A stretch of DNA of 32,106 nucleotides from an uncultured virus (IMG/VR IMGVR_UViG_3300032322_002004) (Duplodnaviria; Heunggongvirae; Uroviricota; Caudoviricetes), in the IMG/VR virus record IMGVR_UViG_3300032322_002004. One strand, 5' to 3'. Below the pieces are notes generated by a model. The model searched no databases, was not told the origin of the DNA, and worked only from the letters and a program-made list of their open reading frames with translations. Positions 8,280 through 18,280 of this stretch are shown here, one piece after another. Within the stretch, counting starts at the first letter, position 1, and every line of letters begins with the position of its first letter. Position numbers and translations under genes: made by a program.

Positions 8280-9472
8280 GTTTGTCGGAGGTGTTAAGTA
8301 AAACGATCGGAGATTTATCCGGCACCGGCTCAGACCTAAAGCGTTCCAATGTCCCACAAGATTGGCGAGCGCGTTTAGAAATTGGAGAAGACGGCGGATT
8401 TTTTGTATCAACACCGCGCAACGCCGGAGAGCTTCCAGACGCTGTAGAGATGTTTAAAGACTTTGATTTAGATCCAGAAGTATGGGAAGTTATAAGCGTA
8501 AGAAAATCCCGATGGCAACGATATGACGGAGAGTGGCTAGAAGCTGCTAGAGTATCCGTAAAGCCAGCAAAAGGTTACAACGACAAAAACGATATTGATT
8601 ACGATGATTTAATAGAGGAGATAAATGAATATAAACCACGATCTACCCCGGCTCCTAAAGGCCCACTATTTGCTGTCTATGCTATTGGAGACACTCAATA
8701 TGGAAAAGACGCAGGTGGGGGTACTGAAGCAACAGTTAGACGAGTCCTGTATGCAATTGATGAAGCTGTTGGAAGACACAAAGAGTTACTCGCAAGCGGA
8801 AGAAAAATTGGAACAGTCGTTCTACCTCAACTCGGAGATTGCATTGAAGGAAGTACTTCGCAAGGCGGCAGAGTCCTTGGAAGAAGTGACTTGGGAGTTA
8901 CACAGCAGGTACGAGTCGGCCGTCGCATCCTCATGGCATGGGTAAAAGCTTTTGCACCATTATGTGAAGAGTTAATAATTCCTGTTGTTCCAGGTAATCA
9001 TGATGAGACACATAGAATTATGATGACTGATCCGACAGACTCATGGCAGGTTGAGATTGCCGCCGCAGTTCAAGATGCTTGTGCTGAGAACCCAGCGTTT
9101 TCGCATGTAGTGTTTAGGTACCCGTCAGCAGATCACGCAACACTTGCACTTGATTTAGGTGGAACAATTTTAGGTTTAGCCCATGGACATCAAGCAAAAG
9201 ATATGGGCAAGTGGTTGCACGGACAAGCAACCGGTCGCACACCTGTAGGTTCAGCAGATGTTTTGATAACAGGTCACTTCCACCATTTTAGAGCTGACCA
9301 AATTGGCCCAAGATTGTGGATCCAAGTACCGGCTATGGATGGCGGAAGTGCATGGTTCCGTGACAAGAGCGGTCTAGAGTCACCGACAGGTATTGTTTCA
9401 TTAGTTGTTGGTCCAGATTATGATCCACGCCGCGATTTAGCAGTTTTAGCAGGAGAAAACCGCTTACCATAG
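8264..9472 (+). CDS. Calcineurin-like metallophosphoesterase (Mre11-like actinophage type)
   Basis: GDTQ, GDCIEG, PGNHDE, AHGH, GHFHH motifs. Confidence 0.88.
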   Translation: MSEKLSLSEVLSKTIGDLSGTGSDLKRSNVPQDWRARLEIGEDGGFFVSTPRNAGELPDAVEMFKDFDLDPEVWEVISVRKSRWQRYDGEWLEAARVSVKPAKGYNDKNDIDYDDLIEEINEYKPRSTPAPKGPLFAVYAIGDTQYGKDAGGGTEATVRRVLYAIDEAVGRHKELLASGRKIGTVVLPQLGDCIEGSTSQGGRVLGRSDLGVTQQVRVGRRILMAWVKAFAPLCEELIIPVVPGNHDETHRIMMTDPTDSWQVEIAAAVQDACAENPAFSHVVFRYPSADHATLALDLGGTILGLAHGHQAKDMGKWLHGQATGRTPVGSADVLITGHFHHFRADQIGPRLWIQVPAMDGGSAWFRDKSGLESPTGIVSLVVGPDYDPRRDLAVLAGENRLP

Positions 9473-9476
9473 GAAC

Positions 9477-10007
9477 ATGGCTACCCATCAAAACGTCCAG
9501 AACCTTGGCGCAAGCGGGCTGTACGGAACTAACACAACGTATGGTGGAGGCGGCGTACCTATTGCTCGTTCTGAGCTTGACTTTGCCCGCATGGGTGTTG
9601 GTCGCCAGCCACAAGCAGAATATCCAGACGGCTATTTAGGAACTATTCGTTCACGTCGAGATGATCGCGGTCGTCCGTCTAGCGTTTCAGATAAAGTATT
9701 AGATGGTTTAAAGGTACGTATTGGTCAGCGTTCATACCAACGTGGTGTTCACCGCGGTGAGCGCATTGATGCGTCAGATTATTATTACCCAGCTGGTTTA
9801 GAAAACACACGTGGTATTGCTCGACAGATGAGAGCTGTTAAGGACGGAAATGTTTATCGCGTAGAGCGTGGTGTAGAAAATGCAATGGCCGCTCCAGCTC
9901 CACACTTACCAAATGACGGTAAAGCTAACATGCGTAGCACATCACCACAGTCACTTGATAAGCGACGTGTTGATCAGATGGCTCGTATGCGTCCGGCTTG
10001 GAAGTAA
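9477..10007 (+). CDS. Hypothetical protein (Arg/Gly-rich)
   Basis: 176 aa ORF in a tightly coupled run. Confidence 0.75.
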   Translation: MATHQNVQNLGASGLYGTNTTYGGGGVPIARSELDFARMGVGRQPQAEYPDGYLGTIRSRRDDRGRPSSVSDKVLDGLKVRIGQRSYQRGVHRGERIDASDYYYPAGLENTRGIARQMRAVKDGNVYRVERGVENAMAAPAPHLPNDGKANMRSTSPQSLDKRRVDQMARMRPAWK

Positions 10008-10008
10008 T

Positions 10009-10134
10009 ATGAACCCACTTATTCAATCACCAGTCACTACTCCGGTAGATCGTTCGTCTAACCCAAATAGAATTCCAAAGATTAATTCAGGTACCTCATC
10101 CCCAGAGCAATCAATGCCAGGAGGTTACAAGTAA
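10009..10134 (+). CDS. Small hypothetical protein
   Basis: MNPLIQSP...PGGYK fills the gap exactly; TAATG coupling. Confidence 0.5.
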   Translation: MNPLIQSPVTTPVDRSSNPNRIPKINSGTSSPEQSMPGGYK

Positions 10135-10490
10135 TGGCCGGTAGATATTCGGATGGCGTTTACGCCCCACGCCCATGGACAGCTCCATTAGAGGCAGCTT
10201 ACCCACCGCAAGAATATATTGGCCCATTTCAAAGTAATCAAGAGCGCTTGTTAAGCCAGTCTTTAGCTGCATTAAACATGACAGCGGCAGAGATCCAAGA
10301 GTTTGTACGACCACCGCTTCCACAGATCCAGCTATTCCCTGCACGATACGGGTTTACAGAGGACGAGATTAGCGTTGAGGATATAATTGATATGCCGCGC
10401 CGCGGACAGCAACGTGTAGAGTCTGACTTTAGCCAGACCCCTAACACAACGCAGTCAACAAGCCGAAACACATTGGGAGGGTCCATTTAA
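10134..10490 (+). CDS. Hypothetical protein
   Basis: AGGAGG RBS; coupled ORF. Confidence 0.75.
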   Translation: MAGRYSDGVYAPRPWTAPLEAAYPPQEYIGPFQSNQERLLSQSLAALNMTAAEIQEFVRPPLPQIQLFPARYGFTEDEISVEDIIDMPRRGQQRVESDFSQTPNTTQSTSRNTLGGSI

Positions 10491-10654
10491 TGGGGCGTAA
10501 TAACGAAGATTTTTACTTAGAACGTATGGGTAAAGCTTTAGGTTTTTCACAAGGAGGCACTCACCCAGGTGACGGACTAAAACCTTCTACCGTAAAGCGC
10601 AAGCGAGACAACGATAAAGAAGACGTCAGCGACGCAGAAATTAAAGACAAATGA
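10490..10654 (+). CDS. Small hypothetical protein
   Basis: Not in ORF track. MGRNNEDFYLER...; GGAGG RBS; coupled at both ends. Confidence 0.65.
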   Translation: MGRNNEDFYLERMGKALGFSQGGTHPGDGLKPSTVKRKRDNDKEDVSDAEIKDK

Positions 10655-10869
10655 AAAACGACGTTGGTCTATTTACAGACGGTACGGGCGAAGGCATGGC
10701 CGGAGCCACAGATGTGTCCTTGGAGACCATTTATAACGGTTCTAAGGGGTGTACAGCGTGTGGAACAATGATGAACCCACTACAATCATTGCGTAGTATT
10801 GAAGATCAGCTTTGCCCATCTTGCAGTCGACGCAAGAAGGTTAACTTAGTGAAAGGCCGAATGGCATGA
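10651..10869 (+). CDS. Small Zn-finger protein
   Basis: CTAC...CPSC. Confidence 0.7.
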   Translation: MKNDVGLFTDGTGEGMAGATDVSLETIYNGSKGCTACGTMMNPLQSLRSIEDQLCPSCSRRKKVNLVKGRMA

Positions 10870-11075
10870 CAGTTCGTAAAGCACGTTCAGAGAACGCTGA
10901 ACTATTAGAAGGCGCAACAGACGGCAAGTATCGCAAGCGCCGTCCAAACACAACTGTTGATCCAGGCATGGGCGACCAGCTTGTAGTCAAGAACCGCGCC
11001 GGTCTACACCCATACATGAATTATGGTTTCGTTAACTCAGAAGAGCCAGCAAAAGTAAACCCAGGTAGCAATTAA
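10866..11075 (+). CDS. Hypothetical protein
   Basis: Coupled ORF. Confidence 0.7.
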   Translation: MTVRKARSENAELLEGATDGKYRKRRPNTTVDPGMGDQLVVKNRAGLHPYMNYGFVNSEEPAKVNPGSN

Positions 11076-11356
11076 TGTTTAATCGTCTACCAGATCGTGG
11101 ATCAGATACTTCACGTCAAATTGGTGATTTTCAAGGCGTTCAAGCAGCTTTGGGACGTGCCACTGGTTGGGAAAGCATGCAAGGATCACAAGGACGAATT
11201 GCATTAAACGTTGGCAACATTAATGAAGAAACAGGCGAAATACCACACTTTGTTCCCGGTCAAGGTTATGCAGAGCCTATGATGCGTAATGCAGAATTTA
11301 TGCAGTCATTAGCTAACCCACCTATGAAAGCCCGCGAAGGGGACATGTTTAATTAA
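11075..11356 (+). CDS. Hypothetical protein
   Basis: Coupled ORF (TAATG). Confidence 0.65.
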   Translation: MFNRLPDRGSDTSRQIGDFQGVQAALGRATGWESMQGSQGRIALNVGNINEETGEIPHFVPGQGYAEPMMRNAEFMQSLANPPMKAREGDMFN

Positions 11357-11393
11357 ATACGATAGTATTCGGACCAACAATTAGGAGCATAAC

Positions 11394-11942
11394 TTGGCAG
11401 ATAAATTAAAGCAGGGCGAAGACTTACTTAACATAGTCGTTTGCTATACCTGTAAAACTATTGAAGAAGCCCCGTACACCAAAACAGGTAAGTACCTGGG
11501 CGATGGCAAATACGATCAGTCCGATAACCCTTTCCTGCCACCACTTGTTGACTGGCATGGGGAGAAGGGCCACGTAGGCCGCATTTTTGACTGCGATTCA
11601 TTTTTTTGGATGTCTAAAGAAGGACGCGAGTCCACACTAAAGCAAATTAAATCCCAGCTACTAGGCGGGTCTAGCGGTCTTGACGTATTTGGTACAGACT
11701 TCTACAACGTCAAAGCTACCTTTTCAGAAGATGCCATGAGCTGTTACGCCCTGCATAACCGGCCAAAGGCTGATTGCGCTGACTACAAGACAGACCGTAA
11801 AGTATTAACCCCAAAGACTGACGCAGAGCGCAAGGAAGCTGGCCTAGGCAAGTCCAAGGTCAAAAGTTACCTTTGCGACTTTTGTGTGGTAAAGTCGTTC
11901 GTACAAAAGAAAGCCTATACAGAAAAAGGACTATACAACTAA
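11394..11942 (+). CDS. Cys-rich hypothetical protein
   Basis: TTG start with AGGAG RBS; CYTC and CDFC motifs. Confidence 0.75.
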   Translation: MADKLKQGEDLLNIVVCYTCKTIEEAPYTKTGKYLGDGKYDQSDNPFLPPLVDWHGEKGHVGRIFDCDSFFWMSKEGRESTLKQIKSQLLGGSSGLDVFGTDFYNVKATFSEDAMSCYALHNRPKADCADYKTDRKVLTPKTDAERKEAGLGKSKVKSYLCDFCVVKSFVQKKAYTEKGLYN

Positions 11943-12229
11943 TGAGCGAAGCAACAGAGAACGCAACACCAATCGAAGACGCAGTAGAAGTCATCGAAGC
12001 AAATATTGCTTTTATTTTGTTTCAGAAGCCAAACGGATCATTTGGAGCTAGTGGCGACTTGACCAAGACTTTTAAGGTAGCCAAGCAGGCAACTTTCCTA
12101 GACATGAAGATCGCCTCCCGCGAGCTGTACGAAGCCCTAATTCGTGAGGAAATCGCCGGTACGGTCATTGAAAACCTCCAAAATGGGTCTGTTAACCCAC
12201 TGGGTTCACTAGGAACACCTACCGCCTAA
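11942..12229 (+). CDS. Hypothetical protein
   Basis: MSEATEN... start coupled to the upstream stop. Confidence 0.65.
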   Translation: MSEATENATPIEDAVEVIEANIAFILFQKPNGSFGASGDLTKTFKVAKQATFLDMKIASRELYEALIREEIAGTVIENLQNGSVNPLGSLGTPTA

Positions 12230-12272
12230 AGCGGTATACTGTACCTACACCCCATGGAAGGTAGGCCACCGT

Positions 12273-12479
12273 ATGTTTATCGAGATGACTTGCAAATGCG
12301 AAGCATCGTTTCAAGCTGATACTTCGGATAACGAAACCCTTGCTATGGTCTGGGCGCAATCATTTATTAACGCGCATCATGAGTGCGGATACATGACAAA
12401 GCCTCAAGTGCAGAATGATGAAGAAAAGATGCGTCGTTTGGACGTTATCTACAAAGAACAGAAAGAAAAAGAACTATAA
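12273..12479 (+). CDS. Small hypothetical protein
   Basis: CKC...HHEC; TATACT -10-like element upstream. Confidence 0.65.
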   Translation: MFIEMTCKCEASFQADTSDNETLAMVWAQSFINAHHECGYMTKPQVQNDEEKMRRLDVIYKEQKEKEL

Positions 12480-12486
12480 TAGTTAA

Positions 12487-13419
12487 ATGAATTACTACGA
12501 TGCGCTGGTTGCACAGGCGACCCCAGTCGAAGTAATCCCTTCTGAAACTTCTTATTTCAGCACCCCAGGCGTGGGCCTAGACCCTAGATTGTTTAGGGAT
12601 AACAAGATGGTTCCAGCTGTTAGATCAGCCATATTGCGTATCCTCAATGAGCATTTACGCAAGCACTATTACAACCCTGAAGCTTACCTACACGTTTGGT
12701 TAGCTGGATCAGCCGTGTCTTACCAATGGTCGGCCGCTCGCAACCCAGCTGATTTAGATTGTCTGATTGGTGTGAACTATTTGTTATTCCGCCAAGCTAA
12801 CCCAGCATACAAAGCGTTGAGTGATCAACAGATTGCTGATATGTTTAATGAAGATTTTAGAAAAGAACTTCACCCTATAACAGAAAACTTTTTAGAAGCA
12901 TATGAGCTTACTTTTTATGTAAACGTAAAGTCTGATATTAGATCAATTAAACCTTACGCCGCATATTCATTAACAAATGATGACTGGACTGTAGCACCAG
13001 AGATTAAAAAAGCTCCAGTTAATAAAGCTTGGGATCAAACAGTTTCTAGAGATACGTCGTTTACTATGGAAATACTAGAGCGCTACACTAAAGCATTAAA
13101 TGAAATTAAATCCGCAAGTAATGACAGCTCTAGACGAAATGCTGAAGCTGCATTAAAGTTAGCGGTGGAGCAGGGTTCTGCCTTGTTTGATATGATCCAC
13201 CAAGGTAGAAAGACAGCTTTTAGCCCAAGCGGCCAAGGTTATTCTGATGTAGCTAACTATCGTTGGCAATCAGGAAAATCAGCCGGAACTATTCAAGCAT
13301 TAAAACAACTTAAAGAACTAAATACAAAGAGTAGAAAAGAGTTTGAGGCTTCAACTTATGGCATGGAACTACCGGACGCAAATACTTTAGTGAGACGCGC
13401 CTTATCAGCTAAACGATAA
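12487..13419 (+). CDS. Pol-beta superfamily nucleotidyltransferase-like protein
   Basis: LAGSAVSYQW...ADLDCLI (GS...DxD) plus a later ELTFYV acidic strand. Leaderless (TATAAT 6 nt before ATG). Confidence 0.75.
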   Translation: MNYYDALVAQATPVEVIPSETSYFSTPGVGLDPRLFRDNKMVPAVRSAILRILNEHLRKHYYNPEAYLHVWLAGSAVSYQWSAARNPADLDCLIGVNYLLFRQANPAYKALSDQQIADMFNEDFRKELHPITENFLEAYELTFYVNVKSDIRSIKPYAAYSLTNDDWTVAPEIKKAPVNKAWDQTVSRDTSFTMEILERYTKALNEIKSASNDSSRRNAEAALKLAVEQGSALFDMIHQGRKTAFSPSGQGYSDVANYRWQSGKSAGTIQALKQLKELNTKSRKEFEASTYGMELPDANTLVRRALSAKR

Positions 13420-13449
13420 TATTCACCCCCCTACATTGGAGCATAAACT

Positions 13450-13911
13450 GTGGCGTTTGTAATGTTTTTAGATGGCGTACTTCGTAGCCATACTGGCGGT
13501 CCTATCTATCAAGGTCTTGGGCTGTACAAGTTACTAAATGAAAACAATAAAGTTTTGCTTATATGTGCCGATAAGAAAAAAGATGATGTTTGGCTAAAGC
13601 AACATAAGATTAACAAGCTTGACGATCTAATTGGTAGAGACATACCTGGGATGACAGACTTTCCAGAGTGGCGCCAGGTTGAATATGTGCGCTCGCAAGG
13701 CCCGGTTGAGATGGTGATATGCTCCGACCCAGTATTGGGTAAGCGACTACTGGAAGCAGGAATTACCACTTTAATGTTTTTGCAGCCAAGTTATGTTAAA
13801 GAGGACTTTAGGCCAGATAGCCGGCAGGGTGTTAAAAGCTGGTCAGATATCGTCGATGAGATAGTTAAACAACAAGAGTCCTTTGTGGAAGATCCCAGGA
13901 TCAAAGAATGA
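13450..13911 (+). CDS. HAD-like fold protein (degenerate motif I)
   Basis: FVMFLDGVL resembles DxDGVL but lacks the first Asp. Confidence 0.5.
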   Translation: MAFVMFLDGVLRSHTGGPIYQGLGLYKLLNENNKVLLICADKKKDDVWLKQHKINKLDDLIGRDIPGMTDFPEWRQVEYVRSQGPVEMVICSDPVLGKRLLEAGITTLMFLQPSYVKEDFRPDSRQGVKSWSDIVDEIVKQQESFVEDPRIKE

Positions 13912-15377
13912 AGATTATTTACTTGGGGGCAGAGGTACCAAGTAATAGAACCCTACTGGAGACCACAACAGCTAACCATGTTGGCGTGAGCTATTGGCGT
14001 TTAATGAAGCGCGGGCTACCCAAGAAAAGCGACTATTTACTAGAGAACTACTTTGGCAAAGACTTTTACATTTACGTCCACCCGGGAATTCCAAAAGGTA
14101 CCCGGCTAGATCGGTTAGACCTAGAGGTATTTGCCGCGGAGTATGAAGGCTTTATTGCCAACAATATTGACCGACTTACCGCGTTTACAGAGATCAACGG
14201 TGAGTGGGTCCCAGAGGACTTTGTCGACAATCAGAGAAAGACCGCTTGGTCTGAGGTACCACCAGGTAAATTCCAACCTGTATGGAACCCGCAAACGGGC
14301 CTCAAAGGCCTTAAGAAGCTTGTAGACGTATATTTGGATATAGCCATACCTGGGGATGCTATCGAGGCTAATTCCCAGCTTGCAAGCGCTACAAGAGCCC
14401 ACGTGATACAGGATGGAACACGCTTCCATGCTTTGGGCTGTGCCAAGCCGGATAACCTACGACAAGTCAAGGTTGAGTCCGCTAGCACTATGTCATGGAT
14501 GTCCCCTATGTTGCATGGTGAGACTATAGTCTGGGATGGCACTAGGCTAGTGCGCTATCCAAAGAAAATGAAAGACCAAGCTAGAGCTCGGTACCAAGGT
14601 GTTTACACTAAGGCCGGACTCGATGCAGATAAGATTTTAGAAGACGATCCCCAAGAGGTGTGTAAGCTCGCGGTATGGTCATATGAGCAGTTTGAGATGA
14701 GGATAAACACAATGAACCATAGCGAAGATGACGACCTGTTATCTGATAATAGTGAGGGGAGTGAAGTGGAGCAAAGTGGGGAAATGACCCCCGCCGTATC
14801 TGATAATAAGGGTGTTCAGATGCGGAAACTTGAACCACGAAACCCAGACGAAATTGTCAATTTACCGGTGTTTGGATACGACGTAAAGACCGAAGTTGAC
14901 GAGCACGGAGTCATTAAAGACATACCTGTGATCCAGTCCCAAGCTAGTAGTTTGAGGGCATGCGATACCTGTTTTGTGGCATCTAATTGCCCAGCTTTTA
15001 AGCCTCAAAGTGTCTGTGCATTCAACCTTCCGGTAGAGGTAAAGACCAAGGAACAGCTAAAGAGTTTGATTAATGCCATCATAGAAATGCAGGGGCAACG
15101 TGTTGCTTTTATGCGTTTTGCTGAAGAAATGAATGGTGGATACGCAGATCCGAACGTTTCGCAGGAAATCGACCGCTTGTTTAAGTTGATCAAAACTACC
15201 AAAGAATTGGATGACTCACGTGAGTTTATTCGCATGACTGTGGAGCGCCAAGGCTCCGCAGGTGTGCTAAGTTCCATCTTTGGAGAACGAGCTCAGGTAC
15301 TAAATGAGCTACCAGCTGGTGGTCTAAATGAGGAGCAGACAACCAAGATTATTAAAGATTTAACTGAAGAAAAGTAG
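13908..15377 (+). CDS. Large hypothetical protein: possible TGT-like barrel plus C-terminal 4-Cys domain
   Basis: FQPVWN...RFHALG...ESASTMSW resembles phage tRNA-guanine-transglycosylase-like motifs; CDTCFVASNCPAF...C. Fold assignment is tentative. Confidence 0.5.
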   Translation: MKIIYLGAEVPSNRTLLETTTANHVGVSYWRLMKRGLPKKSDYLLENYFGKDFYIYVHPGIPKGTRLDRLDLEVFAAEYEGFIANNIDRLTAFTEINGEWVPEDFVDNQRKTAWSEVPPGKFQPVWNPQTGLKGLKKLVDVYLDIAIPGDAIEANSQLASATRAHVIQDGTRFHALGCAKPDNLRQVKVESASTMSWMSPMLHGETIVWDGTRLVRYPKKMKDQARARYQGVYTKAGLDADKILEDDPQEVCKLAVWSYEQFEMRINTMNHSEDDDLLSDNSEGSEVEQSGEMTPAVSDNKGVQMRKLEPRNPDEIVNLPVFGYDVKTEVDEHGVIKDIPVIQSQASSLRACDTCFVASNCPAFKPQSVCAFNLPVEVKTKEQLKSLINAIIEMQGQRVAFMRFAEEMNGGYADPNVSQEIDRLFKLIKTTKELDDSREFIRMTVERQGSAGVLSSIFGERAQVLNELPAGGLNEEQTTKIIKDLTEEK

Positions 15378-15487
15378 TTGCCTATTATCAGATAAGAGGC
15401 CGCTAGCATAACCCGGAACGCCATTCACGGCGAACCACAGCTTTATAGTAAGTAAACTATATTTTCACTTAACACGGGAGGCTACAC

Positions 15488-17512
15488 ATGTCATTATCGT
15501 TTCGCTTAGCAGACGACTTCGTAAGCTCATACAAGGAAAAGAAAGTACCTTGGGGGTATGCGGATGCGGCCGGAAATTCGGTTGGGGAGATCACTTTCCT
15601 TCGAACTTATTCCAGGTTAAAAGCTGACGGAACCAAGGAGACATGGGTTGACGTATGCGAGCGTGTTATCAACGGTATGTATTCCATTCAAAAGGATCAC
15701 GCTAAAGCCCAACGACTACCATGGTCGGATGCCAAAGCTCAGGCTTCAGCTAAAGAAGCCTTTGACCGTTTGTTCAATCTAAAGTGGACCCCACCGGGTC
15801 GCGGACTTTGGGTTATGGGTACCCCACTCGTCAATGAGCAGAAGAACTCAGCGGCATTACAGAACTGTTCATTCGTATCAACATCTTCAATGACGAAGCT
15901 TGATCCGGCAAAACCATTCGCCTTCCTCATGGAAGCCTCCATGCTTGGCGTGGGAGTTGGCTTTGATGATAAGGGCGCAGATAAGGACTTTACAATTTAT
16001 GCACCGGAACCAGACACAGCACCAATCGTCATCCCAGATACCCGTGAAGGCTGGGTTGAATCAGCCGCCCTCGTCATCAACAGCTTCCTTAAGCCAGATC
16101 AGAAGAGCCCAGTATTCGACTACACACAAATCCGGCCAGCCGGTACTCCGATTAAAACCTTTGGCGGAACAGCCGCGGGTCACGAACCATTAGAGAAGCT
16201 ACACAATTACATCAGATCTATTTTCAAAGGACGTGCCGGTGAGAAACTTACTCGTAAAGACATCGCGGATATTGGCAATCTTATTGGAGTGTGCGTTGTA
16301 TCTGGCAATGTCCGCCGGAGTGCTGAGCTTCTTATGGGTCGTCTCGATGATAAAGACTTCCTAAACCTAAAGAACGCAGAGGTATACCCAGAGCGTAACT
16401 CGTATGATCCAAAAAACCCAGGATGGGCCTGGATGAGCAACAACAGCGTCGAAGTTTGTGTTGGCGATGATCTTAGCCACATTAAAGAAGCTATTGCACT
16501 CAACGGTGAGCCAGGTGTTATTTGGATGGACGTTACACGTAAGTATGGCCGTCTAATTGATCCAATCAACAACAAGGACCACAGAGCCGCTGGATACAAT
16601 CCATGCGCTGAGCAATCACTTGAAAGCTTTGAGTGCTGTACCTTGGTAGAAACATATCTCAATCGCCATGACTCATTTGAAGACTTCAAGCGCACATTAA
16701 AGTTTGCGTATTTATATGCCAAGACTGTAACACTCCTTCCTACACACTGGGAAGAAACCAATGCGATCATGCAACGCAATCGCCGTATCGGAACTTCAAT
16801 GTCCGGTGTAGCTAACTTTGCAGATCGTGTAGGTATGCCAACACTTCGTGAATGGATGGATGCAGGGTACTCAGCTATCCAGCAATACGACAAGACCTAT
16901 TCTGAATGGCTTGGTATTCGTGAGTCAATCAAGACTACAACTGTAAAGCCATCCGGAACCGTATCGATCTTAGCCGGTGAATCACCTGGAGTACACTGGA
17001 CTCCGGGCGGAGAATACTTTATGAGAGCTATTCGTTTTGCTAACGATGATCCAATGCTTCCTTTGTTTAAAGCATCCGGTTACGTTGTAGAGCCAGCTAG
17101 TGAGTCACCTAAGACTACAAGCGTAGTGTTCTTCCCAATCAAGTCACAAGCTTTGCGATCAGAGAAGGACGTATCTATTTACGAAAAGACTTCTCTCGCC
17201 GCTACAGCTCAGCGTTACTGGTCTGATAACTCAGTCTCAGTAACTATCTCTTTCGATGCAGAGAAAGAAAAGGATGCGGTTGGTACTGTGTTACATATGT
17301 TCGATGGCCAGCTAAAGACTGTCTCTTTCTTGCCAATGGGTAACGCTGTGTATCCTCAAATGCCATACACGCAGACAACTAAAGAAGTCTACGATGAATA
17401 CACATTAAAGCTATTGCCTATTGACTTTACTGACGTGTACGCCGGCATGGCCGCGGATGCAATCGGTGAGAAGTATTGCAGTACTGACTTCTGTGAAGTA
17501 CCAAAACCATAG
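15488..17512 (+). CDS. nrdJ: Class II (B12-dependent) ribonucleotide reductase, monomeric RTPR type
   Basis: TFLRTYSR, PPGRGLW, LQNC, GVGVGF, NPCAEQ, RRIG, TTVKPSGTVS, C-terminal CSTDFC. Confidence 0.95.
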   Translation: MSLSFRLADDFVSSYKEKKVPWGYADAAGNSVGEITFLRTYSRLKADGTKETWVDVCERVINGMYSIQKDHAKAQRLPWSDAKAQASAKEAFDRLFNLKWTPPGRGLWVMGTPLVNEQKNSAALQNCSFVSTSSMTKLDPAKPFAFLMEASMLGVGVGFDDKGADKDFTIYAPEPDTAPIVIPDTREGWVESAALVINSFLKPDQKSPVFDYTQIRPAGTPIKTFGGTAAGHEPLEKLHNYIRSIFKGRAGEKLTRKDIADIGNLIGVCVVSGNVRRSAELLMGRLDDKDFLNLKNAEVYPERNSYDPKNPGWAWMSNNSVEVCVGDDLSHIKEAIALNGEPGVIWMDVTRKYGRLIDPINNKDHRAAGYNPCAEQSLESFECCTLVETYLNRHDSFEDFKRTLKFAYLYAKTVTLLPTHWEETNAIMQRNRRIGTSMSGVANFADRVGMPTLREWMDAGYSAIQQYDKTYSEWLGIRESIKTTTVKPSGTVSILAGESPGVHWTPGGEYFMRAIRFANDDPMLPLFKASGYVVEPASESPKTTSVVFFPIKSQALRSEKDVSIYEKTSLAATAQRYWSDNSVSVTISFDAEKEKDAVGTVLHMFDGQLKTVSFLPMGNAVYPQMPYTQTTKEVYDEYTLKLLPIDFTDVYAGMAADAIGEKYCSTDFCEVPKP

Positions 17513-17520
17513 TTAAAATT

Positions 17521-17552
17521 AAAAGCCCCCTGTGAGAAGCAGGGGGCTTTTT
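17521..17552. terminator. Bidirectional intrinsic terminator between convergent blocks
   Basis: AAAAGCCCCCTG-loop-CAGGGGGCTTTTT. Confidence 0.9.
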
Positions 17553-17650
17553 CTATTTGAGAGCAGGTATAGCTACGGCTGATAGGGGCCGATCATGACT
17601 ATCCTTGGCGTAAGAAAGGTTAGGACCGCTTTGACTCTCTCATAGCTCAG

Positions 17651-17815
17651 TTAATCTTGGTAAAAACCAAAGCGCTCTTCATCAAGCGCATGTTTATCGT
17701 AATCTCCGTCAAACTCTTCTTCTTCGATCTCAAAGTCATCTTCATCTTCATCAATATCTTCTCGACGGATGCTAGGGCTAATCGGTTCAATTAGCGGATC
17801 AGGCAGAATATCCAT
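17651..17815 (-). CDS. Very acidic small protein
   Basis: Not in ORF track. MDILPDPL...EDIDEDEDDFEIEEEEFDGDYD...; AAGGAG RBS; TAATG coupling. Confidence 0.65.
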   Translation of the reverse strand: MDILPDPLIEPISPSIRREDIDEDEDDFEIEEEEFDGDYDKHALDEERFGFYQD

Positions 17816-18099
17816 TAAGCCTCTCCTTTATATGCAAAAGAACCCTTGAATGATACCGGCTTACCCTTCTCATCAAGCTTCTCTCCAGCTTCCAGCTTTA
17901 CGCTCTTGCGTGGTGTGTGTTCGGCGGCCATCGCTTTCAGCCATCTCTTTCCAGCTGACGCGTTAGCCCATGCTTTGAACTGACCTTTCGGTGCGCTCTC
18001 TTGGTCGTCACGTATTACATAGTGACCGATCCATGCTCCACCCTTTTCGGTGTTCTTTGTTAGATCAGCACTAAAAGTATAATTAATCTTCTTTGCCAT
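17815..18099 (-). CDS. Basic hypothetical protein
   Basis: 94 aa, coupled. Confidence 0.75.
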   Translation of the reverse strand: MAKKINYTFSADLTKNTEKGGAWIGHYVIRDDQESAPKGQFKAWANASAGKRWLKAMAAEHTPRKSVKLEAGEKLDEKGKPVSFKGSFAYKGEA

Positions 18100-18100
18100 A

Positions 18101-18280
18101 TTAGCTCTCTTCTATTGTTGTGTACTCAATTAGTGAGCTACCAAAGTCATCATGAATCCAGCCTTGGATCATAGTCTTGGCATACTCTTCGTCAAAACTA
18201 TCCTCGGGATAGTCTCTTCTAAGTTCAGATAGTACCTCATCTGTGTCATAAGTGACAGTTGCGGTTGCGGTTATTTTCAT
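18101..18280 (-). CDS. Small acidic hypothetical protein
   Basis: Not in ORF track. MKITATATVTYDTDEV...IEES; TAATG coupling. Confidence 0.65.
   Translation of the reverse strand: MKITATATVTYDTDEVLSELRRDYPEDSFDEEYAKTMIQGWIHDDFGSSLIEYTTIEES

Noticed and set aside
15430..15475. NrdR box or cobalamin riboswitch upstream of nrdJ
   Set aside because: Only a poor partial match to the NrdR palindrome; the region is too short and lacks a B12 box.
16207..16893. 228 aa antisense ORF and other shadow ORFs (e.g. 29251-29748, 28710-29075, 30826-31425, 26650-26964)
   Set aside because: They lie antisense or out of frame within well-supported genes and are explained by codon bias or low complexity.
3..17512. 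Intein or intron in polA, recA or nrdJ
   Set aside because: The reading frames are continuous and of normal size, with no intein terminal motifs.
17553..17680. tRNA-like TAGCTCAGTT and possible folded RNA
   Set aside because: No T-loop GTTC or acceptor stem, it overlaps the end of a - strand ORF, and the pairing is weak.
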